This document shows positions 19,839 through 27,285 of a DNA stretch of 64,000 bases, in pieces (the stretch's first letter is position 1; each line of letters opens with the position of its first letter). Under the pieces are notes generated by a model. It made no database searches and was not told where the DNA came from. It saw only the letters and a program-made list of their open reading frames with translations. This DNA comes from Alphaproteobacteria bacterium (GTDB lineage: Bacteria; Pseudomonadota; Alphaproteobacteria; RF32; CAG-239). The DNA lies in contig JAFUSU010000028.1 of the NCBI GenBank assembly GCA_017467515.1, positions 128,399-192,398 of the forward strand, given 5' to 3'. The position numbers and the translations under genes were made by a program.

Positions 19839-21113
19839 ATGGAAAAGAAAAGATACTTGAGAGATAGTTTATTTGTATTAGGATCAACAGCAATATCGCT
19901 GCTTGGCATAGGTTGGCATAGTTTAAAAAAAGCGGAAAAAATCTCTCAAACAGAATTTACCGATAAAGTTGTTTTTCTTAATAATCAAAGAATTCCATTG
20001 CAAGAATTTTATGAGAATGTATCTTACCAAGATGGCTATTGGGTATATAAAGATAGAAAAGGTAAAAATCGTAAGATAGATTTCATTTCTGATTTCGTTC
20101 ATAAAAAGAATAAGATAGAGGCTAAAAAATGGCTCAAAAATCAAAAGTCTTTATATCATATTGTTGATACAATCTATTATCGGAAAGTTAAAAATAGCGG
20201 ATATGAAACATCACAGGAAAATGTGGAATTTATAAAAGGAAATAAAAAATATAATCATATTTTTTCAGCTGGTTTGCGGACACCGCATGGTATATGTATT
20301 CGCCAATTCGAGCCGTTAGAGGGGGAAGAAAGATGCCCTCAAATTGATCAATTTAATACAAATCTTAATAAAACAGAAGAGCACGAAGCTGAACATAATC
20401 GCCATGAAGATCCCGGAAAAGACTTAGACAATCCGACATCTATGCGTCAGCTCGGGCAAAGTTATGAGTTGACATTTACAGAAGCGTCTTGGAGTGAGAT
20501 TTTGGCAAATATAAAACAATTGCTGGCACAACATGATAATTATATGAGAAATCATCAAAATTTAAATAAAATAACATCGCGTTTTAGCTTTTATAGAACG
20601 GCTTTACAAAAAGGAACGGTTAGATCCGTGCCGGTAGATCGGTTATCTGAAAAAGAAGTGAAATTTATTGCCGACAGCGTTTATTTTTACTGGATGTTAG
20701 ATAAATTTCCGATTTATCATCATAAATTAATGAGCAGAACTATTTGGGTATATAATGAAAAATTTGCTAATTATAACGCAACCCGAGAGAATAAAATAAG
20801 GCATTTGAGGGTGATGAAAGATAAATGTATTATCGGCGGATATAATTTTTATCCTTATTTGATAGGATATGAAACAGAAATCTTAAAACGTATAACACAG
20901 AAAGATAAAAAATTGTTTGTAGCTGATGCTCAGCTCAGGAAAGCCAAGCAAACGCACTTAGATGATTTGGAATCCACACGTTTGGAAAAAGGTTATCAGG
21001 CATATAAACAGAGAATAGCTCAAAATGCACAAGCGGCACAAACTATAAAAGCAAAAAATTATGTTGAAGAACATTTTGCACAAATCAAAAAATTCATAGG
21101 TCTGTCCAGATAG
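19839..21113 (+). CDS. Hypothetical membrane-anchored protein (ORFan, 424 aa)
   Basis: N-terminal hydrophobic segment LFVLGSTAISLLGIGW; no recognised domain. Confidence 0.45.
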   Translation: MEKKRYLRDSLFVLGSTAISLLGIGWHSLKKAEKISQTEFTDKVVFLNNQRIPLQEFYENVSYQDGYWVYKDRKGKNRKIDFISDFVHKKNKIEAKKWLKNQKSLYHIVDTIYYRKVKNSGYETSQENVEFIKGNKKYNHIFSAGLRTPHGICIRQFEPLEGEERCPQIDQFNTNLNKTEEHEAEHNRHEDPGKDLDNPTSMRQLGQSYELTFTEASWSEILANIKQLLAQHDNYMRNHQNLNKITSRFSFYRTALQKGTVRSVPVDRLSEKEVKFIADSVYFYWMLDKFPIYHHKLMSRTIWVYNEKFANYNATRENKIRHLRVMKDKCIIGGYNFYPYLIGYETEILKRITQKDKKLFVADAQLRKAKQTHLDDLESTRLEKGYQAYKQRIAQNAQAAQTIKAKNYVEEHFAQIKKFIGLSR

Positions 21114-21130
21114 GTTGAATGATGAAAATT

Positions 21131-21709
21131 TTAGCGCTCGTCATCATGACGGAGATAGAGATCTTGTCTGTAAATATATGGATTTTCTCGGCGGTGAACA
21201 ACCGTTTGGCTGATAATATCTTCAATTTGAGATTTAATCCACCACGGGGCGTAAATTTTTTTGAAAATAACCTTAGCTGTCCCTGTGCCGGAAAAGTGAA
21301 TATCCCCGTAATTTAAGAGCCGTCCTAAAATAGATTGTCTGACGCTGACCGATTCAATACGATCATTAGCCAATTCATCGGTTTGGATATTAAACAGACC
21401 GATTTTGTAAACAACGCGATAGTTCGTAACAGCCATTTGAATAGAATAATTGCGGACAAATTGATAAATTAGGCGTAGAGCGAACAAAACAGCAATGACT
21501 TTGAGCGAATTTTCAAAAAAACCAACAAAGACAGAAGCCTTTGAGATATAAGCATTTATACATTGGCAGAAAATAACATAAAAAAATGCGGCACTGAAAT
21601 AAATATCGAAGTAAACAGCCCAATGAAGTTTAGGTTCAAATAAAATTTCCTCATGAATTTGGAGCGTATTTTTAACGTAGTTTTCCATTAAGATTTCCAT
21701 ACAAACCAT
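21131..21709 (-). CDS. Membrane protein with bacterial PH (bPH_2 / YdbS-like, DUF304) domain
   Basis: Two TM helices followed by ...ESVSVRQSILGRLLNYGDIHFSGTG... typical of bPH_2. Confidence 0.55.
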   Translation of the reverse strand: MVCMEILMENYVKNTLQIHEEILFEPKLHWAVYFDIYFSAAFFYVIFCQCINAYISKASVFVGFFENSLKVIAVLFALRLIYQFVRNYSIQMAVTNYRVVYKIGLFNIQTDELANDRIESVSVRQSILGRLLNYGDIHFSGTGTAKVIFKKIYAPWWIKSQIEDIISQTVVHRRENPYIYRQDLYLRHDDER

Positions 21710-21838
21710 TTTATAAAAAGATTATAAGATAATACAAAAAAGTCAATAAACAAAAAAGATGAAAAATAATAAAAACAAATTGACTTTCACCAAAAAAGAC
21801 TACTTTAACGACGCTAAAGAAATTAAAAATAAATAATT

Positions 21839-22126
21839 ATGTTTAAAATTACATTGAATGACATCAGAGATGGTATAAATCTGATGGATACTAAAGGAAG
21901 ACATCGGGAAATAAGAAATATTCCTGATGGAGAGCTGCTACGGCGCCGTTTTGAAACATTGCATTTTAACAAATGGCAAGCTGTCAATATAGTTAATCGT
22001 GTATGCGAACAGCAAAATTTGACGGTGCCTAGAGAAATTGTAGAGGTGATGCCGGATGATACTGTTTCGTCATTCTTAAGCACAGTCAATCAGTACATTG
22101 AAGAATATGAAAAGTTACAATATTGA
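21839..22126 (+). CDS. Small hypothetical protein
   Basis: 95-aa ORF followed by a hairpin + T-run (22144-22178). Confidence 0.35.
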   Translation: MFKITLNDIRDGINLMDTKGRHREIRNIPDGELLRRRFETLHFNKWQAVNIVNRVCEQQNLTVPREIVEVMPDDTVSSFLSTVNQYIEEYEKLQY

Positions 22127-22228
22127 TGGTGCCGGTAATTAAAAACACGGAGAAGATAAACTTCCCCGTGTTTTTTTATATGTATGAGCAAAGAAAAAAA
22201 TATTTCCGATGATGAGGTCAAAGTGCAT

Positions 22229-22954
22229 TTATATATTTTCATTGATGATATGTTGAACTTCTTTCATTGTGGCACAAACGGCAATAACGCCGGCGCTAAC
22301 GCATTTTTGCCGATATTCAGGTGTATCATTTCCTTCTGCACCGACAAAAGCGATACTTTTCATTCCGGCAGCATTCGCCGCCTTAAAATCGTTCAAACTA
22401 TCGCCAATTACAATACAATCTTTTGGCTTAAAACCTTTTGTTGTTGCTGCCAGCAAAAATATATCAGGCGCCGGTTTGCCTTGTCTTACCATATCTACCG
22501 TAAAATAGTCATTCGGTGACATATATTTTTCAATCCATTTAAATTGCGTCATTTTCCAAGCATGTTGTTCCTTAGTGGCTCCGGTTGCAATACAATGTGT
22601 AAAACGAGCATCGCTCATAGTATCTTCAACATTGGCGATAGGTTGCATAAAGTGCATGCCTTTATATTTTTCTCCGGCATCAATTTTTTGCATAAAGCAA
22701 TCATCTAAGACAAGATGCGGAAAATGCTTTTCAAGATTTATTTTTTTTTCTCTATCAGCAATTCCGACAAGCAATTTGAAAGTTTCTTCTTTGGTCAGAG
22801 AAATATTTTTTTCTTTTTGCAGTGTTTCAAGCCAAACGGAAATCCACAGTTTTTCGCTATCGGCAATAACGCCGTCAAAGTCCCAGATAATTAATTTTTT
22901 AGCTTTACTGATTGTCACCGTATACCTCCGTATTTCAAATGATGCAGCAAGCAT
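22229..22954 (-). CDS. HAD-superfamily hydrolase (beta-phosphoglucomutase/phosphatase-like)
   Basis: Motif I (I)WDFDGVIADSE, motif III K at GxxxKP region, motif IV GDSLND. Confidence 0.8.
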   Translation of the reverse strand: MLAASFEIRRYTVTISKAKKLIIWDFDGVIADSEKLWISVWLETLQKEKNISLTKEETFKLLVGIADREKKINLEKHFPHLVLDDCFMQKIDAGEKYKGMHFMQPIANVEDTMSDARFTHCIATGATKEQHAWKMTQFKWIEKYMSPNDYFTVDMVRQGKPAPDIFLLAATTKGFKPKDCIVIGDSLNDFKAANAAGMKSIAFVGAEGNDTPEYRQKCVSAGVIAVCATMKEVQHIINENI

Positions 22955-23065
22955 AATGCTAATTTGTTAAAATATAATTTAATGCAATGAGATCTTTTTA
23001 TCTGTTCGGGGTAAAATTAGAACGCTTACGACGAGCTGAATGTCGCCATCTCCGCAAATTTGTTA

Positions 23066-23203
23066 AATGGTGCGCTTTTGCTTTGCGATTATGTGCGCGC
23101 GTTACACATTGCGCACCGCAAGCGACCGGCTCCGCCGTCTATCTTGCGCCGAACATTTCCGGCGCTACGATTCCGGACAGAAAATTACGATGAATATAGG
23201 CAG
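23066..23203 (+). repeat. Repeat B copy 3 (att-like aatggtgc + GC-rich segment + cggacagaaaattacgatgaatatagg leader motif)
   Basis: Shares aatggtgcgc...gtgcgcgcgtt.cacac..gcgca and ..cggac(t/a)a.a.tt(t/a)(t/c)gatgaatatagg with copies at 24362 and 26034. Confidence 0.6.
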
Positions 23204-23722
23204 TTAGGAGATAAATTGACGACGGTTTTTGTAAATCTGTATAAATGTCCATATACATAATACGATACAAGCTACAGCCGAAGGATATGCTTGCACATAA
23301 AAATTATGAATAAACCATAAAAGCAGATTAGAAACCAAAGCCCAACGCATTTGCTGTTCGTTTTTTGTTGTATACATAAAAATAGTATAACTGGCAGAGG
23401 CAATAATGGGAAATAGGCCGATAATACCGAGATTATTAACATAAAGCCCGATAGCCACGTTTATAATTAGCAGAATATAGGTAATATTTTTAGTTAGTTT
23501 GCCTTTATAAGATAAAATATTACGAATAAGGCAAACCACACTGATAACAATTGCCGCATAAGCCGAAAGCACAATGCATGTTGCAATTCCGAAAAGTGGA
23601 TCTCCGATTTGCCAATACATAAAATCTTTTTTATTTTTCTTGATAACCGAAATGGCAAGGCAAATTGCAGATAATAAGGAAAAAATATTTCCGATGATTA
23701 AATATGTTGGCATTTGTTTCAA
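23204..23722 (-). CDS. Small polytopic inner-membrane protein (possibly YgjV-like)
   Basis: 172 aa, about five hydrophobic helices; overlaps the downstream gene by 4 nt. Confidence 0.5.
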   Translation of the reverse strand: MKQMPTYLIIGNIFSLLSAICLAISVIKKNKKDFMYWQIGDPLFGIATCIVLSAYAAIVISVVCLIRNILSYKGKLTKNITYILLIINVAIGLYVNNLGIIGLFPIIASASYTIFMYTTKNEQQMRWALVSNLLLWFIHNFYVQAYPSAVACIVLCIWTFIQIYKNRRQFIS

Positions 23723-24081
23723 ATCTCATTTACATCAAGCAAAGGAATTATATTTATAACAGGTTCTTCATAAGGGTGAATTTCTTTTATAGCTGAAATT
23801 GTTTTGTTTAATTTTTCTTTTAAGCATATAACTTCTACTTTCATTTCCGGCTCTTGACTTATTTTATCGCGTTTGCCTATATATGGTTTTGAACCATCCA
23901 GAGGCCGCCATGTCCCGATAACTTCACTATATGATAAACAAGAATCATAATTACCGATATGTCCGGCATCAACTTTTTGCAAAGTTGCTTGTAGTTGTTT
24001 CAAATGCGTTTTCGGAATAAAAATTTCTAATTTATATTTTTCCATATTTTGTTCCTTTTCCGGATCATTATAAATTAGCAC
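23719..24081 (-). CDS. Small CutA/PII-like-fold protein (uncertain family)
   Basis: C-terminal IHPYEEPVINIIPL resembles the CutA HPYEVPEIIALPI motif; 120 aa. Confidence 0.35.
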   Translation of the reverse strand: MLIYNDPEKEQNMEKYKLEIFIPKTHLKQLQATLQKVDAGHIGNYDSCLSYSEVIGTWRPLDGSKPYIGKRDKISQEPEMKVEVICLKEKLNKTISAIKEIHPYEEPVINIIPLLDVNEI

Positions 24082-24106
24082 AAAAGAAAATCAATTAGTT
24101 TTTCAA

Positions 24107-24210
24107 AAAAGTCCGATAATTTAGGCGATATTGCGGTTTTCGAGAACGAGACAATCGGACTTTGTGAGAAGCAATAATAGCAACAAAAAACCCACCTTTT
24201 AGGCTGGAGG
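24107..24210 (+). repeat. Repeat A copy 1 (aaaagtccgataattt...cggactttgtgagaagcaataata.caacaaaaaacccacctttt)
   Basis: About 85% identical over ~100 bp to copy 3 (26630), which abuts the tRNA-Thr 3' end. Confidence 0.7.
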
Positions 24211-24361
24211 CAAAAAATTGCTCTTTGATGAGCAATTTTTAACGACAGGCGAAGTTTTATTATTGAGCTAGCGAGAGCAATCGAAGCGCAGCGAAATTAG
24301 AAAACGAGTGACCGAAACGAGTTAGCGAATGATAATGAGCTTACGAGTAAGAGGCTTTGTC

Positions 24362-24430
24362 AAAAATGGTGCACGTTACTGTGCGCGTATCGGACTAATT
24401 TTTATGATGAATACAAGCAACTGGAGTATA
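24362..24430 (+). repeat. Repeat B copy 1 (leader upstream of the HExxH ORF)
   Basis: aaaatggtgcacgttactgtgcgcgtatcggactaatttttatgatgaatacaagcaactgga vs copy 2 ttaatggtgcgcgatactatacgagtatcggactaatttttatgatgaatataggaagctgaa. Confidence 0.7.
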
Positions 24431-24490
24431 GATTGCAATTTCTTGACAGGATTTAATACAAATGCTATTATTACCATTAAGAGGTGTGTT

Positions 24491-25465
24491 ATGATTTTCA
24501 GAAAACCAGACCATTCAGAAACACAAGAAGATGCGCAAATTACTGAAATTATTAAATCAGCAAAATATTTTGCACAAAAAATAGCTCCGGATAATTGGAA
24601 AGAAAACGTTGAAAAGATATATAATGAGTTAACAGTCGTCCTGTGCGATGGAAACAGAACTTTTAAAGCTCTTCAAGATGGAAAACTTAAAGACATCAAA
24701 TTTTCAGCTGCGGCAGTTAAGTTTTGGGAAAATATTGATACTAACGAATATACGACATCTCAAGGAATTGCTATATTACCAAAGGCAAGTCCACATGTCA
24801 TAACACACGAATCATTGCACGCCTTTTCTTCTGATGCAGGCAAAACTGATGATGGTGGCGGATATATAAAAGTAGGTTCAAAATATGCCGAATTTGATAG
24901 AGAAGGGAGTATTGTTAAAAGAACAAATGATGACTTAAATGAAACTATAACCGATGCCTTAACAAGCAGAGCGTTAGGTCGTATAGGACCGAATGCTGGA
25001 GCAAGCTACGCTTCGCAAGTTATAATGGCAGATTTATTAATGGGTGAAAAACTTGAAGATAATGCTTTTATTCAGGATGTTTATTTCGGTAAAAGTGAAA
25101 AATTTGCCGAAGATTTTGATAAAACAATAAAAGCATCTAAAGTCAAATTTGCAGATTATTTACAAGGCTTTAAAATCTTAGGCTCTGAAGAAGATAATAA
25201 AAAATCAGATAAATTGCTTAAAGGTGCAGTAGAATATAATTTGCGTAAAGCCAAGACAGCCGAAGAAATTGACCATATTTATGCTTTTCAACAAAAAATT
25301 ATCAATTTTTATAAAGATGGTGGAATTACGACTAATTTTATGGAAGATGAAGATATTTCACGAATGGAAAATTTATTGAAATTTGCTGATAAAATGCAAA
25401 AACAATGCAAGTCTAATCTAGTTGCACAACAAATGATAGAGAAACAATTTGTAAACGAAGATTAA
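24491..25465 (+). CDS. Hypothetical HExxH-motif protein (putative gluzincin-like zinc metalloprotease; candidate effector/toxin)
   Basis: ITHESLHAF (HExxH) followed ~39 aa later by DLNETITDAL (candidate third-ligand Glu in an NE context); the start at 24491 (MIFRKPDH) has an aagaggtg SD, and the longer ORF-track start at 24329 runs through repeat B so is probably not translated. Confidence 0.55.
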   Translation: MIFRKPDHSETQEDAQITEIIKSAKYFAQKIAPDNWKENVEKIYNELTVVLCDGNRTFKALQDGKLKDIKFSAAAVKFWENIDTNEYTTSQGIAILPKASPHVITHESLHAFSSDAGKTDDGGGYIKVGSKYAEFDREGSIVKRTNDDLNETITDALTSRALGRIGPNAGASYASQVIMADLLMGEKLEDNAFIQDVYFGKSEKFAEDFDKTIKASKVKFADYLQGFKILGSEEDNKKSDKLLKGAVEYNLRKAKTAEEIDHIYAFQQKIINFYKDGGITTNFMEDEDISRMENLLKFADKMQKQCKSNLVAQQMIEKQFVNED

Positions 25466-25527
25466 GGCTGATTTTATTGGACTGGGATTTTATTTATCAA
25501 ACGGCTTGATTTATTACCTTTTACGAC

Positions 25528-25647
25528 AAAAGTCCGATAATTTATGAAAAATTGACATTTTCGTGAATGACGAAATCTGACTTTGCGAGAATCAACCCCA
25601 CAAAAGCAAAAACCGCCTGCATTGAGGCGGTTTTATAAAATGGTGCC
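25528..25647 (+). repeat. Repeat A copy 2 (divergent; ends with terminator-like hairpin aaaaccgcctgc..gaggcggtttt and aatggtgcc)
   Basis: Shares aaagtccgataatttatgaaaaattg...ttttcg...gactttg with copies 1 and 3. Confidence 0.6.
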
Positions 25648-25732
25648 TCTGAAGTCGAATGACAATTCGCAAAAAAGTTTGCTCATTGTCGGCTTCATCC
25701 GCCTCGCACTTAAAAGGCTCGGCGACTTCAGC

Positions 25733-26044
25733 TCCGGACTTACGGATTGCTCACGCAATCATATCGTAAGTCCTTTTTTATCTCCGATACGCATTAACAA
25801 AAATCCCACCTCTAGGGTGGGATTTTTGTTAATGGTGCCGCTGATAAGAAGGTGCGCGCGTTTCACACGGCGCATCTTTCGCTTACGCTCAAGACCTCGG
25901 ACGCTTTGCGCCTCGTCCTCCGCGGTTTGAAAATATCCAAACCGCTACGTCGGACTTAACAATGCCCCCGTAAGTCCTTTCCCTATCCCCGATACGCATT
26001 AACAAAAATCCCACCTCTAGGGTGGGATTTTTGTTAATGGTGCG
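25733..26044 (+). repeat. Two tandem GC-rich tRNA-derived units (cggactta..cgtaagtcc..ccgatacgcattaacaaaaatcccacctctagggtgggatttttgttaatggtgc) separated by a GC-rich spacer
   Basis: Unit 1 25733-25848 and unit 2 25951-26044; each contains a copy of the tRNA T-arm (cgtaagtcc), an 8-bp-stem terminator hairpin and the tRNA 3' end (ggtgccgctgataaga in unit 1). Confidence 0.7.
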
Positions 26045-26095
26045 CGATACTATACGAGTATCGGACTAATTTTTATGATGAATATAGGAAGCTGA
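26034..26095 (+). repeat. Repeat B copy 2 (leader upstream of the 150-aa ORF)
   Basis: See copy 1. Confidence 0.7.
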
Positions 26096-26169
26096 AAGAT
26101 AAGATTGAATCATTTTGAAATAATTGACAAAAGAAGGAATACAATATACAATAAATTATTATCTAATAT

Positions 26170-26622
26170 ATGGAGGAAAATCCCATGGTAGTATTTATTA
26201 AAGAAGAAACACTTAAATCTTCAAAAGAAAATGCTCTTCCTGAAACAGATTTACTGAAGCGCTGTACTAAAATGAAAGCATCACAAAATGGAAAAAAAGT
26301 AGAACTGCTAACCAACAATGATGAATTACTTGGAACACTAAATAGAGAAGATGATGCTCATTGTAATTTAGATATTACAAATGGTCATAGCTTGATGGGG
26401 AGGTATATTACCACTAGTGCAGATAAGAAACCCTCTTGGACTATTTATGAGTATAATGAAGCAAAAACGTCAAAAGTGAAAATCATTGATGAGGAACGCG
26501 CTAGAAGATTAAAAGGTCTTTTTAACGATATACGTAATGCGGCAGAGCGTTCATTAAAGTTAGGAAAAGATAGTGTATCTTTTAGAAATAGAAACTTATT
26601 AGATAATAGTCGTAAGATGTGA
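26170..26622 (+). CDS. Hypothetical protein (cargo ORF, 150 aa)
   Basis: ORF preceded by ggagg SD (aatatatggaggaaaatcccatg) and repeat B, followed by repeat A; no recognisable domain. Confidence 0.45.
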   Translation: MEENPMVVFIKEETLKSSKENALPETDLLKRCTKMKASQNGKKVELLTNNDELLGTLNREDDAHCNLDITNGHSLMGRYITTSADKKPSWTIYEYNEAKTSKVKIIDEERARRLKGLFNDIRNAAERSLKLGKDSVSFRNRNLLDNSRKM

Positions 26623-26629
26623 AAAATAA

Positions 26630-26746
26630 AAAAGTCCGATAATTTGTGAAAAATTGCTGTTTTCGGGAACGGATTTATCGGACTTTGTGAGAAGCAATAA
26701 TAACAACAAAAAACCCACCTTTTCGGTGGGCTTTTTGTTAATGGTG
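26630..26746 (+). repeat. Repeat A copy 3 (native tRNA-Thr downstream region with terminator hairpin cccaccttttcggtggg)
   Basis: Abuts and overlaps the tRNA-Thr 3' end. Confidence 0.7.
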
Positions 26747-26814
26747 CCGCTGATAAGAATCGGACTTACGACCCCGTCATTACCAATGACGTGCTCTACC
26801 ACTGAGCTACAACG
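26740..26814 (-). tRNA. tRNA-Thr (anticodon GGU)
   Basis: Reverse complement reads GCCGTTG-TA-GCTC-AGTGGTA-GAGC-A-CGTCA-TTGGTAA-TGACG-GGGTC-GTAAG-TCCGATT-CTTAT-CAGCGGC-A-CCA; clover-leaf with 7-bp acceptor (one G-U), anticodon loop uuGGUaa, encoded CCA. Confidence 0.85.
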
Positions 26815-26855
26815 GCACTTAATAATAAATTTTATTGTCTGTTTTACCTCTGTGC

Positions 26856-27010
26856 CCCGCCCGTCATTACCAATGACGTTCCTTCGGCATCTAAGCTCAA
26901 TGCGGTCGCTTCCGCTTCCCTGTTTCGCTAAGATGTTCCGAAGAACTTGCAGACAAAAATGACATACAGATGTCATTTTTACTTAGCGTTACCACTGAGT
27001 TACAATGGTA
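26856..27010 (-). pseudogene. Scrambled pseudo-tRNA-Thr fragments (5' acceptor/D-arm copy at 26987-27010 and anticodon-arm copy at 26856-26880 separated by ~105 bp of unrelated DNA containing a 10-bp palindromic hairpin)
   Basis: gttaccactgagttacaatggtac vs real ctaccactgagctacaacggcac; cccgtcattaccaatgacgt identical to the real anticodon arm. Confidence 0.6.
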
Positions 27011-27135
27011 CTTCACAAACAACTTTTGCACCATACCCAAGACTTATCAAAAAATCAAGCATAAAATATAAATTCCTCACTTTTTTTTAAGAGATTGTTG
27101 TTAAAATTCTATCAAAATAAAACAGAGGAGTGAGT

Positions 27136-27285
27136 GATGATAGAAAAAATTCCAAGCCAACGGTGTCGAGAGCGCATAATACGGGAAGGTAAAGCCTTAC
27201 AAAAAAATTTAGAAAAAAGAAAAAAACAAATTGCCGCTCGTGAAAAGTTAAAAAAACAAAAAGAACAGGAGCAAAAAAATGGATA
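27136..27285 (+). CDS. Candidate small basic coiled-coil protein (49 aa) overlapping the murA start
   Basis: aggagtgagtgATG SD; translation MIEKIPSQRCRERIIREGKALQKNLEKRKKQIAAREKLKKQKEQEQKNG*; the stop overlaps murA codons 2-3. Not in the ORF track (below its size cut-off). Confidence 0.35.

Larger units (their letters stand above)
23060..27010. mobile_element. tRNA-Thr-associated accretion hotspot: tandem cassette-like modules bounded by att-like copies of the tRNA 3' end, with recurring leader (B) and tail (A) repeats; no integrase in window
   Basis: See repeat features A1-A3, B1-B3, the tRNA-derived tandem units and the pseudo-tRNA; GC-rich patches stand out in an AT-rich background. Confidence 0.55.

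Noticed and set aside
24329-24490. Longer N-terminal extension of the HExxH ORF (start MIMSLRVRGF...)
   Set aside because: The extension is encoded by the repeat B leader sequence and lacks an SD; the downstream ATG at 24491 has aagaggtg spacing typical of a real start.
25583-25930. 115-aa Arg-rich ORF
   Set aside because: It spans GC-rich tRNA-derived repeat units and terminator hairpins; the composition-driven open frame is more likely non-coding att-scar DNA.
26599-26976. ORFs 26599-26976 (minus strand) and 26654-26962 (plus strand)
   Set aside because: They overlap the intact tRNA-Thr, repeat A and the pseudo-tRNA fragments, so are spurious.
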